Origin: Heptranchias perlo
Taxonomy: Eukaryota
Assembly (NCBI RefSeq): GCF_035084215.1
Contig: NC_090328.1
Coordinates: forward strand, 6,014,001 to 6,078,000
Length of the DNA: 64,000 nt
Direction of reading: 5' to 3'
A program made the translations under genes and the position numbers. This document shows positions 51,567-63,283 of the stretch, in pieces. Position 1 is the first letter of the stretch. Each line of letters begins with the position of its first letter. Below the pieces are notes generated by a model. The model did no database searches, had not been told where the DNA came from, and saw nothing but the letters and a program-made list of their open reading frames with translations.

Positions 51567-51604
51567 CTGTCTCTGCTTGCTGTGACACCGTACCAGTAAT
51601 AATA
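51567..51604 (-). CDS. Gene B candidate 38-nt tail exon a2 (IITGTVSQQAET)
   Basis: ccctgtttacag| ... GAGACAG|gtaatg, 38 nt. Confidence 0.45.
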
Positions 51605-51767
51605 CTGTAAACAGGGACACTTCCAGCTTCCTGTGGATCTATCAAAGATACAAGAACATAAGGTAGTATGGAATAAGAATTACTTTTAATGGAGAAACAT
51701 CGGTGAAAGGACCATAGTACAGGACCCCATCAAGGCCAAAAAAATACAGCAGAAAATTGGGTAAATC

Positions 51768-54700
51768 ATAGAATCATAGAAAGGTTACAGCATGGAAGGA
51801 GGCCATTCTGCCCATTGAGTCCGTGCCGACTCTATGCAAGAGCAATCCAGCTAGTCCCACTACCCCGCCCTATCCCCGTACCCCTACACATTTTTTCCTT
51901 TCAAGTACTTATCCAGTTCCCTTTTGAAGGCCATGATTGAATCTGCCTCCACCACCCCCTCGGGCAGTGCATTCCAGATCATAATCACTCGCTGGGTAAA
52001 AAAGATTTTCCTCAGGTCACCTTTGGTTCTTTTGCCAATCACCTTAAATCTATGTCCTCTGGTTCTTGACTCTTCCACCAATGGGAACAGTTTCTCTCTA
52101 TTCTGTCTAGACCCTTCATGATTTTGAATACCTCTATCAAATCTCCTCTCAACCTTCTCTGTTCTAAGGGGAACAATCCCAGCTTCTCCAGTCTATCCAC
52201 GTAACTAAAGTCCCTCATCCCCGGAATCATTCTAGTAAATCTTTTCTGCACCCTCTGTAAGGCATTCACATCTTTCCTAAAGTGCGGTGCCCAGAACTGG
52301 ACACAGTACTTCAGTTGTGGCCGAACCAGTGTTTTATAAAGGTTCATCATGACTTCCTTGCTTTTGTACTCTATGCCTCTATTTATAAAGCCCAGGATCC
52401 TGTATGCTTTTAGTCACTGCTCAACCTAACCTGCCCTGCCACCTTCAATGATTTCTGCACATAAACCCCCAGATCTCTCTGTTCCTGTACCCCTTTTAAA
52501 TTGTGCCCTCTAGTTTACATTGCCTCTCCTCGTTCTTCCTGCCAAAATGTATCACTTCGCATTTTTCTGTGTTAAATTTCATCTGCCACGTGTCTGCCCA
52601 TTTTACCAGCATCTCTATATCCTCTTGAAGTCCATCACTATCATAGAAACATAGAAAATAGGAGCAGGAGTAGGCCATTCGGCCCTTCGAGCCTGCTCCG
52701 CCATTCAATATAATCATGGCTGATCCTCTATCTCAATACCATTTTCTCACTATCCTCCTCACTGTTTACTGCACTTCCAAGTTTTGTCTCATCTACAAAT
52801 TTTGAAATTGTGCCCTGTACACCCAAGTCCAAGTCATTAATATATATCAAGAAAAGCAGCGGTCCCAGCACCGACCTCTGGGAAACACCACTGTACACCT
52901 CCCTCCAGTCTGAAAAACAACCATTCACCACTACTCTCTGTTTCCTGTCATTTAGCCAATTTTGTATCCATGTTGCCCCTTTTACTCCATGGGTTTCACT
53001 CTTGATGGCAAGCCTATTATGCGGCACTTTATCAAAACGCCTTTTGAATGTCCATTTACACAAAATCAGCTGCATTGCCCTCATCTACCCTCTCTGTTAC
53101 CTCATCCAAAAATTCTATCAAGTTAATTAAACACGATTTGCCTTTAACAAATCCGTGCTGGCTTTCCCTAATCAATCCACACTCGTCCAAGTGACTGCTA
53201 ATTCTATCCTGGATTATCGTTTCTAAAAGTTTCCCCACCACTGAGGTTAAACTGACTGGCCTATAGTTGCTGGGTTTATCCTTACACCCTTTTTTGAACA
53301 AGGGTGCAACATTTGCAATTCTCCAGTCCTCTGGCACCACCCCTGTATCTGAGGATGTATGGAAGATTATGGCCAGTACCTCCGTAATTTCCACCCTTAC
53401 TTCCCTCAGCAATCTAGGATGCATCCAATCCGGACCGGGTGACTTATCTACTTTAAATACAGCTAGCCTTTCTAGTACCACCTCTTTATCAATTTTTAGC
53501 CCATCCAGTATCTCAACTATATCTTCCTTTACTGAGACTCTGGCAGCATCTTCTTCCTTGGTAAAGACAGATGCAAAGTACTCATTTAGTACCTCGGCCA
53601 TCCCCTCTTCCTCCATGAGTAGATCTCCTTTATGGTCCCTAATCGGCCCCACCCCTCCTCTTACTACCCTTTTACTTGCCTGTAGAAGACTTTTGGATTC
53701 CCTTTTATATTTGCCGTCAGTCTATTCTCACACTCTCTCTTTGCCCCTGTTATTTCCTTTTTCACTTCCCCTCTGAACTTTCTATATTCAGCCTGGTTCT
53801 CACTTGTATTATCAACCGGACATCTGTCATATCCCCTTTTTACTGCTTCATCTTACTCTCTATCTCTTGTCATCCAGGGAGCTCTGGCTTTAGTTGTCCT
53901 ACCTTTCTCCCTCGTGGGAATGTACCTAGACTGTACCCAAACCATCTCCTCTTTAGACGCAGCCCATTGTTCAATTACACTTTTACCTGTCAATCTCTGA
54001 TTCCAATTTACCCGGGCCAGATCTGTTCTCATCCCATTGAAATTGGCCCTCCTCCAATTGAGTATTTTTACTTTAGAATGGTCCGTGTTCTTTTCCATAG
54101 CTATTCTAAACCTTATGATACTATGATCGCTGCTCCCTAAATGCTCCCCCACTGACACTTTCTCCACTTGGCCCGCCTCATTCCCCAGAACAAGATCCAG
54201 CAATGCCTCCTTCCTCGTTGGGCCAGAAACGTACTCAGCAAAAAAGTTCTCCTGAACACACTTCAAAAATTCCTCCCCCTCTTTGCCCCTTATATTATTG
54301 TTATCCCAGTCTATATTAGGATAGTTGAAGTCCCCCATTATCACTACTCTATGGCTTTTGCACCTCTCTGTAATTTCCCTGCAGATTTGCTCCTCTATAT
54401 CCTTCCCATTAGTTGGTGGTCTATAGAATACACCCAGTAGTGTAATGGCACCTCTATTGTTTCTTAACTCTAAACAAATAGATTCTGTCCTTGACCCCTC
54501 CAGGACATCCTCTCTCTCCAGCATTGCAATATTCTCCTTAATCAATACTGCCACCCCCCCACCTCCTTTTTTTCCTTCCCTATCTTTCCTGAACACCTTG
54601 TATCCAGGAATATTTAATACCCAATCCTGCCCTTTTTTGAGCCAGTTCTCCGTTATCGCCATGACATCATATTCCCGTGTGGCCATTTGCGCCTGCAGCT

Positions 54701-54908
54701 CACCAACCTTATTTACCACACTTCGTGCGTTTACACACATGCACTCTGAACCTATCTTAGACTTTTGTGTATTCTCTCTTAGTCTGATCCCATCGACTAC
54801 CATATTATTCCTTACTCTAGTGCTATCTGTCTCTCCCAGTCCTTTACACACCTTGCTTCTCCTTTCCAATGCTACATCCTGGTGCCCATCCCCCTGCCAA
54901 ATTAGTTT
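51768..54908 (-). mobile_element. CR1 family B, about 3.1 kb (endonuclease plus RT, frameshifted)
   Basis: ORFs 53853-54944, 53056-53652, 52728-53084, 52039-52350; aaatca repeated on both sides; empty site at about 36490. Confidence 0.9.
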
Positions 54909-56199
54909 TAAAAAATCACAAAGTAATGATTGGGGGGACGCCAAACTAATCTTTTAAAAACTCTTAAATGCTCTTAGCTTTTCAGCTTGGAGTCTTAGCC
55001 ATGGCTCAGTGGCTCTGTGACAGAAAGTCATAGGTTCAAGTCCCAGTCCAGCAACATGAGCACATAATCTAGGCTCACACTCCCAGTGCAGTACTGAGGG
55101 ACTGCTGAGCTGTCTGGAGGTGCTGTCTTTCAGATGAGACATTAAACCGAGATCCCTGTCTGCCCTCTCAGGTGGACGTAACAGATCCCGTGGCCACTAT
55201 TTCAAAGTAGAGCAGGGAAGTTCTCCCTGACGTCCTGGGGCCAATATTTATCCCTCAACCAACATCACTAAAATAGATTATCACATTGCCGTTTTTGGGA
55301 TCTTGCTGTGCACAAATTGGCTGCCGTGTTTCCTTCATTACAACAGTGACTACACTTCAAGAATCCTTAATTGGCTGTGAAGCACTTTGGGATATCCTGA
55401 GGTTGTGAAAGGCACCATATAAATGCAAGTTCTTTCTTTAAAAGCCAGTAGATTGTAGGAAAGAAAGACTTAGGAAGGCAATGTTTTTTGTGGTCTCGGG
55501 AAAGAATTGGGCCGATTTTCCTCCCTGTTTTAGGTTGGGAACGGGGCGGTAGAACGTACAGAATTGGAATGGAAAACACACCGCCCCATTCCCACCATCA
55601 TTCCACTGGCCGCCATTTTGGTGGGGCCTTCAGGTAGCCTGTCAAGGCTCTTGCGTGAAACCAGCGGGAGTTTCATTATACAATGCAAATCAGGGATCGT
55701 ATAATGTCAATAGGACCTTGATGCATCTTTTAAATACCAATGGAAGTGGACATAGAGCAGCCTAACCAGCGGCAGTAAAGGGGCCGATGAGGCTGCTCCA
55801 GAAACAGGGCAGTTAGATTTTTTTTTTAGCATTAATGTTGCTCGAGGCCCCACAAAATTCAGTCCACTCGATGCCTGACCCTCGGTGGCCCTCCCCAGGG
55901 ATTGTCCCCTCACCCCCCCCCCACCCATTAATATAACTCCATTTGCTCAGCTCCGTGGAGGAGCCACTCGATTTCCCAATTGGCGACTTGCTCCGATTGC
56001 ACCGAGCAGCTCCTCTCAAATACGCCAATCAGGCCCGACCATCAAAATGGTTCAGTCCTCCGACCGCTATCATTGGACGGGAGGGCAGCGGGCTGACTCC
56101 GCCCACCTCCTGCCCAATGAAAAGGGGTCACATCAAAGTCGGCCCCAATGAGTTGGAATAGGAGACTAATTCTTGGTTTCAACACAGGCCTGGTGAAGG

Positions 56200-56670
56200 G
56201 AGGAGGAAGAGGACAGAGAACGGTGAATTTGTCGCTTAGGAGAAACAAGAGGAGCACGAGCCTCAGCAGTATTCAAAAAAATGGAGACAAGAAAGTTTGC
56301 GATAGAGAGAGACATTGGAGGCTACAATTGAGAGAGGGACCATGTATCAATTGATGATATGTTTATCTTGTGTCCTATCCTTAAGGCACAACAGAGGTGT
56401 TAGACGAGTCCCCCCAGATATGGGAGCAGCATCCAAAATTCCTGGATGGACTAAAGCTTTATAAAGAGTTAAGAGTTGTCGAGGGGGGAAAGAAGCATAG
56501 TAAAAGAATCCAACTCGCTGAGAGACAACTTTAGCCGTGGAAGAGTTGTAGGCGTTCCATTTAATATTACAGGAGATAATAAGGCCGAGAATGTCATTAA
56601 TTGAAGAAGGATCAAGGGCAGATCCATCAACGACTGGAAGGTGATTGAATTTGAGGGGATAAAGAGGGTC
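56200..56670 (+). mobile_element. Possible decayed I/Nimb-type LINE ORF1 fragment
   Basis: Interrupted translation RGRVVGVPFNIT...NVIN*RRIKG...KVIEFEG resembles gag-like ORF1 spacing; from memory only. Confidence 0.3.
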
Positions 56671-57266
56671 AATTTGATCTTCACCGGTTGGGCGATAAAT
56701 GGCGAAGCGAATCGCCCGCCCGTTATATAACCCGCCCGTTATATAACCCGCCCGGTTCTCGTTTCCCGAGGCAACAGTAGAAATGAAAATCAGGTGGGCG
56801 GGCTCTATAACCGGTGGGTGATCTGTCCCAACTGTTTATACCACAAGGATTCTCCCCCCCCGAGAATATCCAGCAATCCAGCTGTTGGGCTGTGCCTGGA
56901 ATGGTGGACATTTGCACTAGGGACGTGCGATCTGAAGGGAACTGTCGAGGAGAATCATCAGAAAAAAGTTGGATAGAGTTGGGTGATAAGTGGAAGAGAT
57001 CACTGACAGAGCAAAGTGGGAAAGGTCCTTGGGTTCAAGGGGGAAAAACTCTGAAGCTGAGCCATCATCTAGAGCGTGGAGGGACCTAATTAGCCAAGAG
57101 TAGAGTTTTGGTGGACAACTAAATGCCCCAGCAACCTGGGTCCTGTCCAGCGAGGCTCCACACCAGGACCTTTGACTCATCAGTTCACCCTTAGCTCTCA
57201 GTGCAATGTATCGAGACACTGCTGGCTGTAGCTTTATGCTGCTCGCTCTACAATCTTCATCCTTAC

Positions 57267-57291
57267 CCGCCTCTGCTCGGCATGGCACTTG
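57267..57291 (-). CDS. Gene B candidate 25-nt tail exon c2 (SAMPSRG)
   Basis: Donor GCGG|gtaagg with flank similar to 61750-61769; weak gag acceptor; phase 1->2 would feed the 38-nt exons. Confidence 0.35.
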
Positions 57292-57985
57292 CTCATTGAC
57301 AGTGTGGTAGAGAGCAACATGTCCAGGGCTGGATTCTCCTCCTCAGGGCGGAGGGCTGGGGGGATGGGAGTTCCATCCGCCCCTCCCAATCTGACCCATT
57401 TCCTTGGGCGAGGCGTCATTTGATACGCACAACAGGCTTTTTAAAAAAAATTCATTCTCAGGAGCGACGCTGGCAAGGTCGGCTTTTATTGCTCATCGCT
57501 AGTTGTGGCTTGTTCGTCCAGTTCAGAGGGCAGTTAAGAGTGAGCCCCATCGGTGAGGGGCTGAAGTCACATATAGGCCAGACCGGGTAAGGATGGCAGG
57601 TTTTCTTCATTCTAGGGACACTGGTGATCCAGTTGCGTTTTTACGACAATCCGACAGCTCAGGGTCACTTTTACTGATACCAGGTTTCGAGCTGCTGAAT
57701 GTAATGTTACACACCATGGAATTTCCATGGGGCTTCTCCAGATCTCCCACCATAACTTCAGCAGAAGATCAGTGGGAATCCCAGGGAAAACATCTATTTA
57801 TGCCTCTCCGTACAAGCGCCATCTTTTAGACACATTGCCATTAGGGGCAGCCCTGCTCACTGTCTGTATTTAAAAGGTACGCTATCATGCCAATTGTGGT
57901 TATGTGAAAGGTGTACTCTTCAATACAAAGTAGCAATCATGGTTGGCTCTAGATTATTGTTGCTAGCTCTGTATTCTCCATTCCT

Positions 57986-58572
57986 TATCCCGGGGATGAG
58001 GGGGCGGACATATGAGGAGAGGTTGAGTAGATTGGGACTCTACTCATTGGAGTTCAGAAGAATGAGAGGCGATCTTATTGAAACATATAAGATTGTGAAG
58101 GGTCTTGATCGGGTGGATGCAGTAAGGATGTTCCCAAAGATGGGTGAAACTAGAACTAGGGGGCATAATCTTAGAATAAGGGGCTGCTCTTTCAAAACTG
58201 AGATGAGGAGAAACTTCTTCACTCAGAGGGTGGTAGGTCTGTGGAATTTGCTGCCCCAGGAAGCTGTGGAAGCTACATCATTAGATAAATTTAAAACAGA
58301 AATAGACAGTTTCCTAGAAGTAAAGGGAATTAGGGGTTATGGGGAGCGGGCAGGAAATTGGACATGAAGCTGAGTTCGGATCGGTCAATGCCCTGTGGGT
58401 GGCGGAGAGGGCCCAGGGGCTATGTGGCCGGGTCCTGCTCCGACTTCTTGTGTTCTTTAGATTTGTGGTTGGGATCAGATCAGCCATGATCTTATTGAAT
58501 GGCGGAGCAGGCTCGAGGGGCCGATTGGCCTACTCCTGCTCCAATTTCTTATGTTCTTATGTTCTTATGTTC
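57986..58572 (+). mobile_element. CR1 3' fragment with (tcttatgt)n tail
   Basis: PGMRGRTYEERLSRLGLYSLEFRRMRGDLIETYK; replaces the exon-b segment in duplicon copy 3. Confidence 0.85.
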
Positions 58573-60238
58573 TTATCACATAAGGAGATATTAGGCCAGG
58601 TGGCCGAAAGCTTCGTCGAAGAGGTAGGTTTTGAGGAGAGTCTTAAAGGAGGAGAGATAAAGGAGGAGAGGCTTGTGGGAGGGAATTCCCCCCTGCACGT
58701 TCCCCTCCAAGTCACACACCATCCCGACTTGGAAATATATCGCCGTTTCTTTCATCGTCGCTGGGTCAAAATCCTGGAACTCCCTTCCTAACAGCACTGT
58801 GGGAGAACCTTCACCACACGGACTGCAGCGGTTCAAGAAGGCGGCTCACCACCACCTTCTCAAGGGCGATTAGGGATGGGCAATAAATGCCGGCCTCGCC
58901 AGCGACGCCCACATCCCATGAACGAATCAAAAAAAATTCCAGAGCTTAGGGCCTAGGCAGCTGAAGGCACGGCCGGCAATGGTGGAGTGATTAAAATCGG
59001 GGCTACGCAAGAGGCCAGAATTGGAGGAGTGCAGAGATCTGTATTGTTGGTAATGGATGCATTCTTCGCTGTTTCATCATTTAAAGCTAGTAGACGGGTA
59101 CAAAAAGCAATCAAAAAGGCTAATGGAATGTTGGCCTTTATCTCAAAGGGGATGGATCACAAAGGGGAGGAAATGATGCTTCAGTTGTACAGAGCATTGG
59201 TCAGACCCCCATCTGGAGATAATACACCGCACCTGAGGAAGGATATATTGGCCTTGAAAGGGTTACAGCGCAGATTCACCAAAATTGATACCAGGGCTTA
59301 AAGGATTAAATTATGAGGACAAGTTGCATAAACTTGGCTTGTAATCCCTGGTGTATAGAAGATTCAAGGGGAGATCTGATCAAGGTGTTTAAAATGATAA
59401 AGGGATTCGATTGGATAGATAGAGAGAAACAATTTCCACTGATGGAGAATCAAGAACGAGGGGACATAATCTTAAAAGTGGAGTTGAGGTAGAAGTTCAG
59501 CCATGATCTGATTGAATGGCGGAGCAGGCTCGAGGGGCCGTATGGCCTGCTCCTGCTCCTCTTTCTTATGGTCTTATATACTTAAAATTAGAGCTAGGCC
59601 GTTTCGGAGGGAAATCAGGAAGCACTTTTTCATTCTAAGGGTAATGGAAACCTGGAATTCCTTCCCCCAAAAGGCTGAGGATGCTGGGACAATTGAAGCT
59701 ATCAAGACTGAGATCAATAGATTTTTATTGGGTAAGAGCATCAAGGGACAAGGAGCTAAGGGGGGTAAATGGAATTGAGGTGCAGATCAGCCATGATCTG
59801 ATCGAATGGCGGAGCAGCCTTGAAGGGCTGAATGGCCTCCTCCTGTTCCTATGTAAGGGTTATTTCCATTTGCAGTGTTGTACAACAAGTGCAGTGACAC
59901 AGTCCGACTCCCCTCTTCTGTTTGAGGTGACTGCCCAACCTGTAACCATATCTCTTTCTCCTTGTCAATCCAGACTGACTGAATTCCCTCTGGAAAATAA
60001 TTTCCCTCTGAGTGATCCCCTACAGTGTTATTACAGAGCTCAGGGAAGGACGGACTTTGGAAAGATCCATGTGCAAATCCCGAGGGATGGTGTGAATGTG
60101 CGGAAAACCAATTGTAATGACGCAGATGAGCGACACTGCAGGAGAGCAGTTTTTAAACACACATTTGAAGTTTGGGTATGTATTTCAAAGAATGTTCTCA
60201 ATGCAAAGCAGGAGTTGCGAGTGACTTTGTCTCATTAC

Positions 60239-60276
60239 CTGTCTCTGCTTGCTGTGACACCGCATCATTAACGACA
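60239..60276 (-). CDS. Gene B candidate 38-nt tail exon a3 (VVNDAVSQQAET)
   Basis: ccctgttcacag| ... GAGACAG|gtaatg. Same length and splice sites as three paralogous copies; phase 2->1 is the only frame open in all copies. Confidence 0.45.
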
Positions 60277-61259
60277 CTGTGAACAGGGACGCTTCCAGGT
60301 TCTTGTGGATCTATCAAAGACACAAAAACGTAAGATAGTATTGATTCTCAGCCATGGCTCTGTGGGTAGCTCTCTCATTTCTTTGTCAGAAGGTTGTGGG
60401 TCCAAGTCGCACTTCAGACACTTGAGCACATAAGCCAAGCTGACACTTCAGTGTCGCACTGAGGGAGTGCTGCACTGTCGGAGGTACCGTCATTCGGATG
60501 AGACATTCAACCAAGGCTCTGTCTGCCCTCTCAGGTGGGCATAACAGATCCCAGGGTCACTATTTCGAAGAAGAGCAGGGAAATTCACCCTGGTGTCCTG
60601 GGCCAACATTTATCCCTCAACTATCATCAGTAAAAACAGATTATCTGGTCATTATACTCTGCTGTTTGTGGGATCTTGCTGTGCACAAATTGGCTTGCTG
60701 CGTTGTCAAGGCTCCAGCCTGAAACCAGCGGGACTTTCATGATATATAACCCGCCCGTTATATAACCCGCCCAGTTCTCATTTCCCGAGAAATCAATAGA
60801 AATGAAAATCAAGTGGGCGGGCTCTATAACCGTTTATCCCACAAGGATTCTCCCCCCCCCCCGAGAATATCCAGCAATCCAGCTGTTGGGCTGTGCCTGG
60901 AATGGTGGACATTTGCACTAGGGACGTGCGATCTGAAGGGAACTGTAGAGGAGAATCATCAGAAAAAGTGTCGGGCAGAGTTGGGTAATAAGTGGAAGAG
61001 ACCACTGACAGTGGGAAAGAGAAAAGTGGGAAAGGTTCTTGGGTTCAAGGGGAAAGACTCTGAAGCTGAGCCGTCATCCAGAGTGTGGAGGAACATCTGG
61101 GAATCTAATTAGCCAAAAGTAGAGTTTTGGTGGACAACCAAATGCCCCAGCAACATGTGTACTGTCCAGTGAGGCTCCACACCAGGACCTTTGACTAGGG
61201 ACTCTCAAACACAGAAGTCTCGATTCGAATTTCAATTGGACTCTAAGAAGGGGAAATGA

Positions 61260-61750
61260 TAAGAATCTTACAGCACAGAAGGAGGCCATTCGGCCCGTCG
61301 TGCCTGTGTCAGCTCTTTGAAAGAGCTCTCCAATTTAGTCCCACTCCCCAGCTTTTTCCCCCTAACCCTGTAAGTTAGTCCTCTTCAATTGCCTTTTGAA
61401 AGTTCCTGTGGAATCTGCTTCCACCACCCTTTCAGGTGCACTCCAGATCTTACAACCCTCTGTGTGAAAAAAAATTCTCCTCCTTTCCCCTCTAGTTATT
61501 TTAAATCTGTGACCTCTGGTTACCAACCCACTTGCCAGAAGATACAGTTTCTCGCTACTCGCTCTGTCAAAACCCCTCATCATTTTGAATACCACTTTGA
61601 TATTTCCCCTTATCCTTCTCTGCTCTAAGGAGAACAATCCCAACTTCTCCAGTCTCTCCACATAACTGAAGTCCCTCATCCCTGGTATCATCCTGGCAAA
61701 CCTCCTCTGTACCCTCTCCAAGGCCTTGACATCTTTCCTAAAGTGTGGAA
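61260..61750 (-). mobile_element. CR1 family B 3' fragment
   Basis: ORF 61362-61721. Similar fragments at about 9960-10185, 12540-12960, 17525-18035, 29175-29595, 33755-33990 and 63800-64000. Confidence 0.85.
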
Positions 61751-61766
61751 TATCTTAATGCCTTAC

Positions 61767-61790
61767 CCGTTCTTTCAGAAGTTGCCCCAC
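61767..61790 (-). CDS. Gene B candidate tail micro-exon c3, (S)GATSERT
   Basis: Donor ACGG|gtaagg, weak acceptor gatcag|, 24 nt, phase 1->1, 211 bp downstream of the TM exon. Confidence 0.45.
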
Positions 61791-62001
61791 CTGATCCACA
61801 TCATCAGAACCAACCACAGAAAACATGTATAAGGAAAGGAAAGAAAAGCTTTCATTTATATAACGCCTTTCACAACCTCAGGACATCCCAAAGTGCTTTA
61901 CAATTAAGTACTTTTGAAGTGTAGTCACTGCTGTAATGGAGAAGATGCCACAATATTACCACGTTGGCCCACACCAAGAGAGTTTTCATCATGAAACTTA
62001 C

Positions 62002-62370
62002 TTTTCTTCAACCTCCAGACAGTGAAACCAATCAAAACAAGGAGGATGAATAAAATGGCGGACCCAATGTACAGAGAGATCGTCAACATGTCCCTCTCAG
62101 TGGCCCATAAGTGGATCTGACGGACGTCCCTCCCGTGCTCATTTACAGCCACACATCTGTAGTTCCCTCTCAGCGTTGGGTTAAGAATCTCTCCGACAGT
62201 TTGATGTTTTTCCAGGAGTTGTGTGACTGTCGTGCTGTTCCCGGGCAGTGCGCTGTTTTCAGGGTCGATCCATGTGATGTTTGCAGGTGGCTCCCCTTCG
62301 ACCTTACACACGATGGTGTCTCCGGTTATGTTATCGGTCACGACAGACAGCTCCAGGATGGTGGCTGGGG
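62002..62370 (-). CDS. SIGLEC15-like: Gene B C2-set plus TM exon
   Basis: Acceptor tctttcttccccaag| (in-frame tandem cag 6 nt further in), donor AAAA|gtaagt, phase 1-1. PATILELSV..CKVEGEPPANITWIDP..GNYRCVAVN, TM MLTISLYIGSAILFILLVLIGFTVW then RLKK. Confidence 0.92.
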
Positions 62371-62923
62371 CTTGGGGAAGAAAGAGACAGTGAGTTAACT
62401 CAATCTAATTAATCTTTATTTGTTGGTCCGTTGCGATGAAATCCGTTACGTAGAGCTGAGAGACACGTGAGCATAGAGGGGTGACGCCCAACAGGAGGAG
62501 ATTGGATTGAAATATTCCGTGAGGGAACGGACTGGCTCCTGATCGAAAGGGACGCAGGTTTGATGTTAATGGAGGAGGCGGATGGAAGTTGACCTGAGTG
62601 AGTCTGTGGATCTTAACAATGCAGCGACTTCGAAACTGAACAGCCTCCTAAACCTCCGCTATGGCGGCAGGAAACGCACGCTCATTACGAGGCAGAAGTG
62701 CGCCGCCATACAGATTGGAAAAGGCAACAAAAATCACGGTGCAGTGACCCACAGAGGGAAATAGCCTGAGTGAGTCTGAGGAGCCCAGGTTCATCAATTG
62801 GAATTACAGTGTTTCAGGCCTATCTCAAGTTCTCAGCTCCTCACTGGGAGTGAATTTGCTCTTATGTTTGTTCAACATCTTTTTATCGTTTTCCCAACAT
62901 CACTGACGTATATGTTTCCTTAC

Positions 62924-63283
62924 CGACAACCTGTAGCCTCATCTCATCCTGAGTCACGTTTTCCCCATCTCCATTCTTGACGTGTACGTGACAGAAATAC
63001 TTGCTGGTGTCGTTCAGCCCCAGGTCCCTCATCCTTATGGAGGCGTCTCCTTGGGTTGGGTCTCCGATCAGCTGATATCGCTCTCCTTTATTTACAGTAA
63101 CTGAGTCAGAACCATCCCTGAGGGAACGAGTTTGACTAAAAACAACCGACTCTTTCCATGGATTCTCCTTCATCCAGAGGACAGTGATGTTGCTCGGATA
63201 CTGGTCAGGGGGACTGAAGGTGCAGGGCAGTGCGGCAGAATCTCCCTTGTTCACAGTCACTCGCCAGATATTGTTCCTATCAG
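62924..63283 (-). CDS. SIGLEC15-like: Gene B V-set exon (Siglec-15-like, YFCH instead of YFCR)
   Basis: Minus-strand acceptor ttctctatctcag|, donor GTCG|gtaagg, 360 nt, phase 1-1. AALPCTF..ITVLWMK..ERYQLIGDPTQGDASI..DTSKYFCHVHV; clear paralogue of gene A exon 2. Confidence 0.92.

Larger units (their letters stand above)
34003..61830. repeat. Local segmental duplication, three direct copies (about 34003-36890, 42330-57330, 57875-61830) plus a partial copy at 63615-64000
   Basis: Shared unique junction tattgttggtaatggatg..gctagtagacgggtacaaaaagcaatca at 34321, 42871 and 59042; shared blocks 35986-36460 / 51255-51740 / 59910-60340, 42330-42440 / 57875-57985 and 56720-57180 / 60745-61195. Confidence 0.9.
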
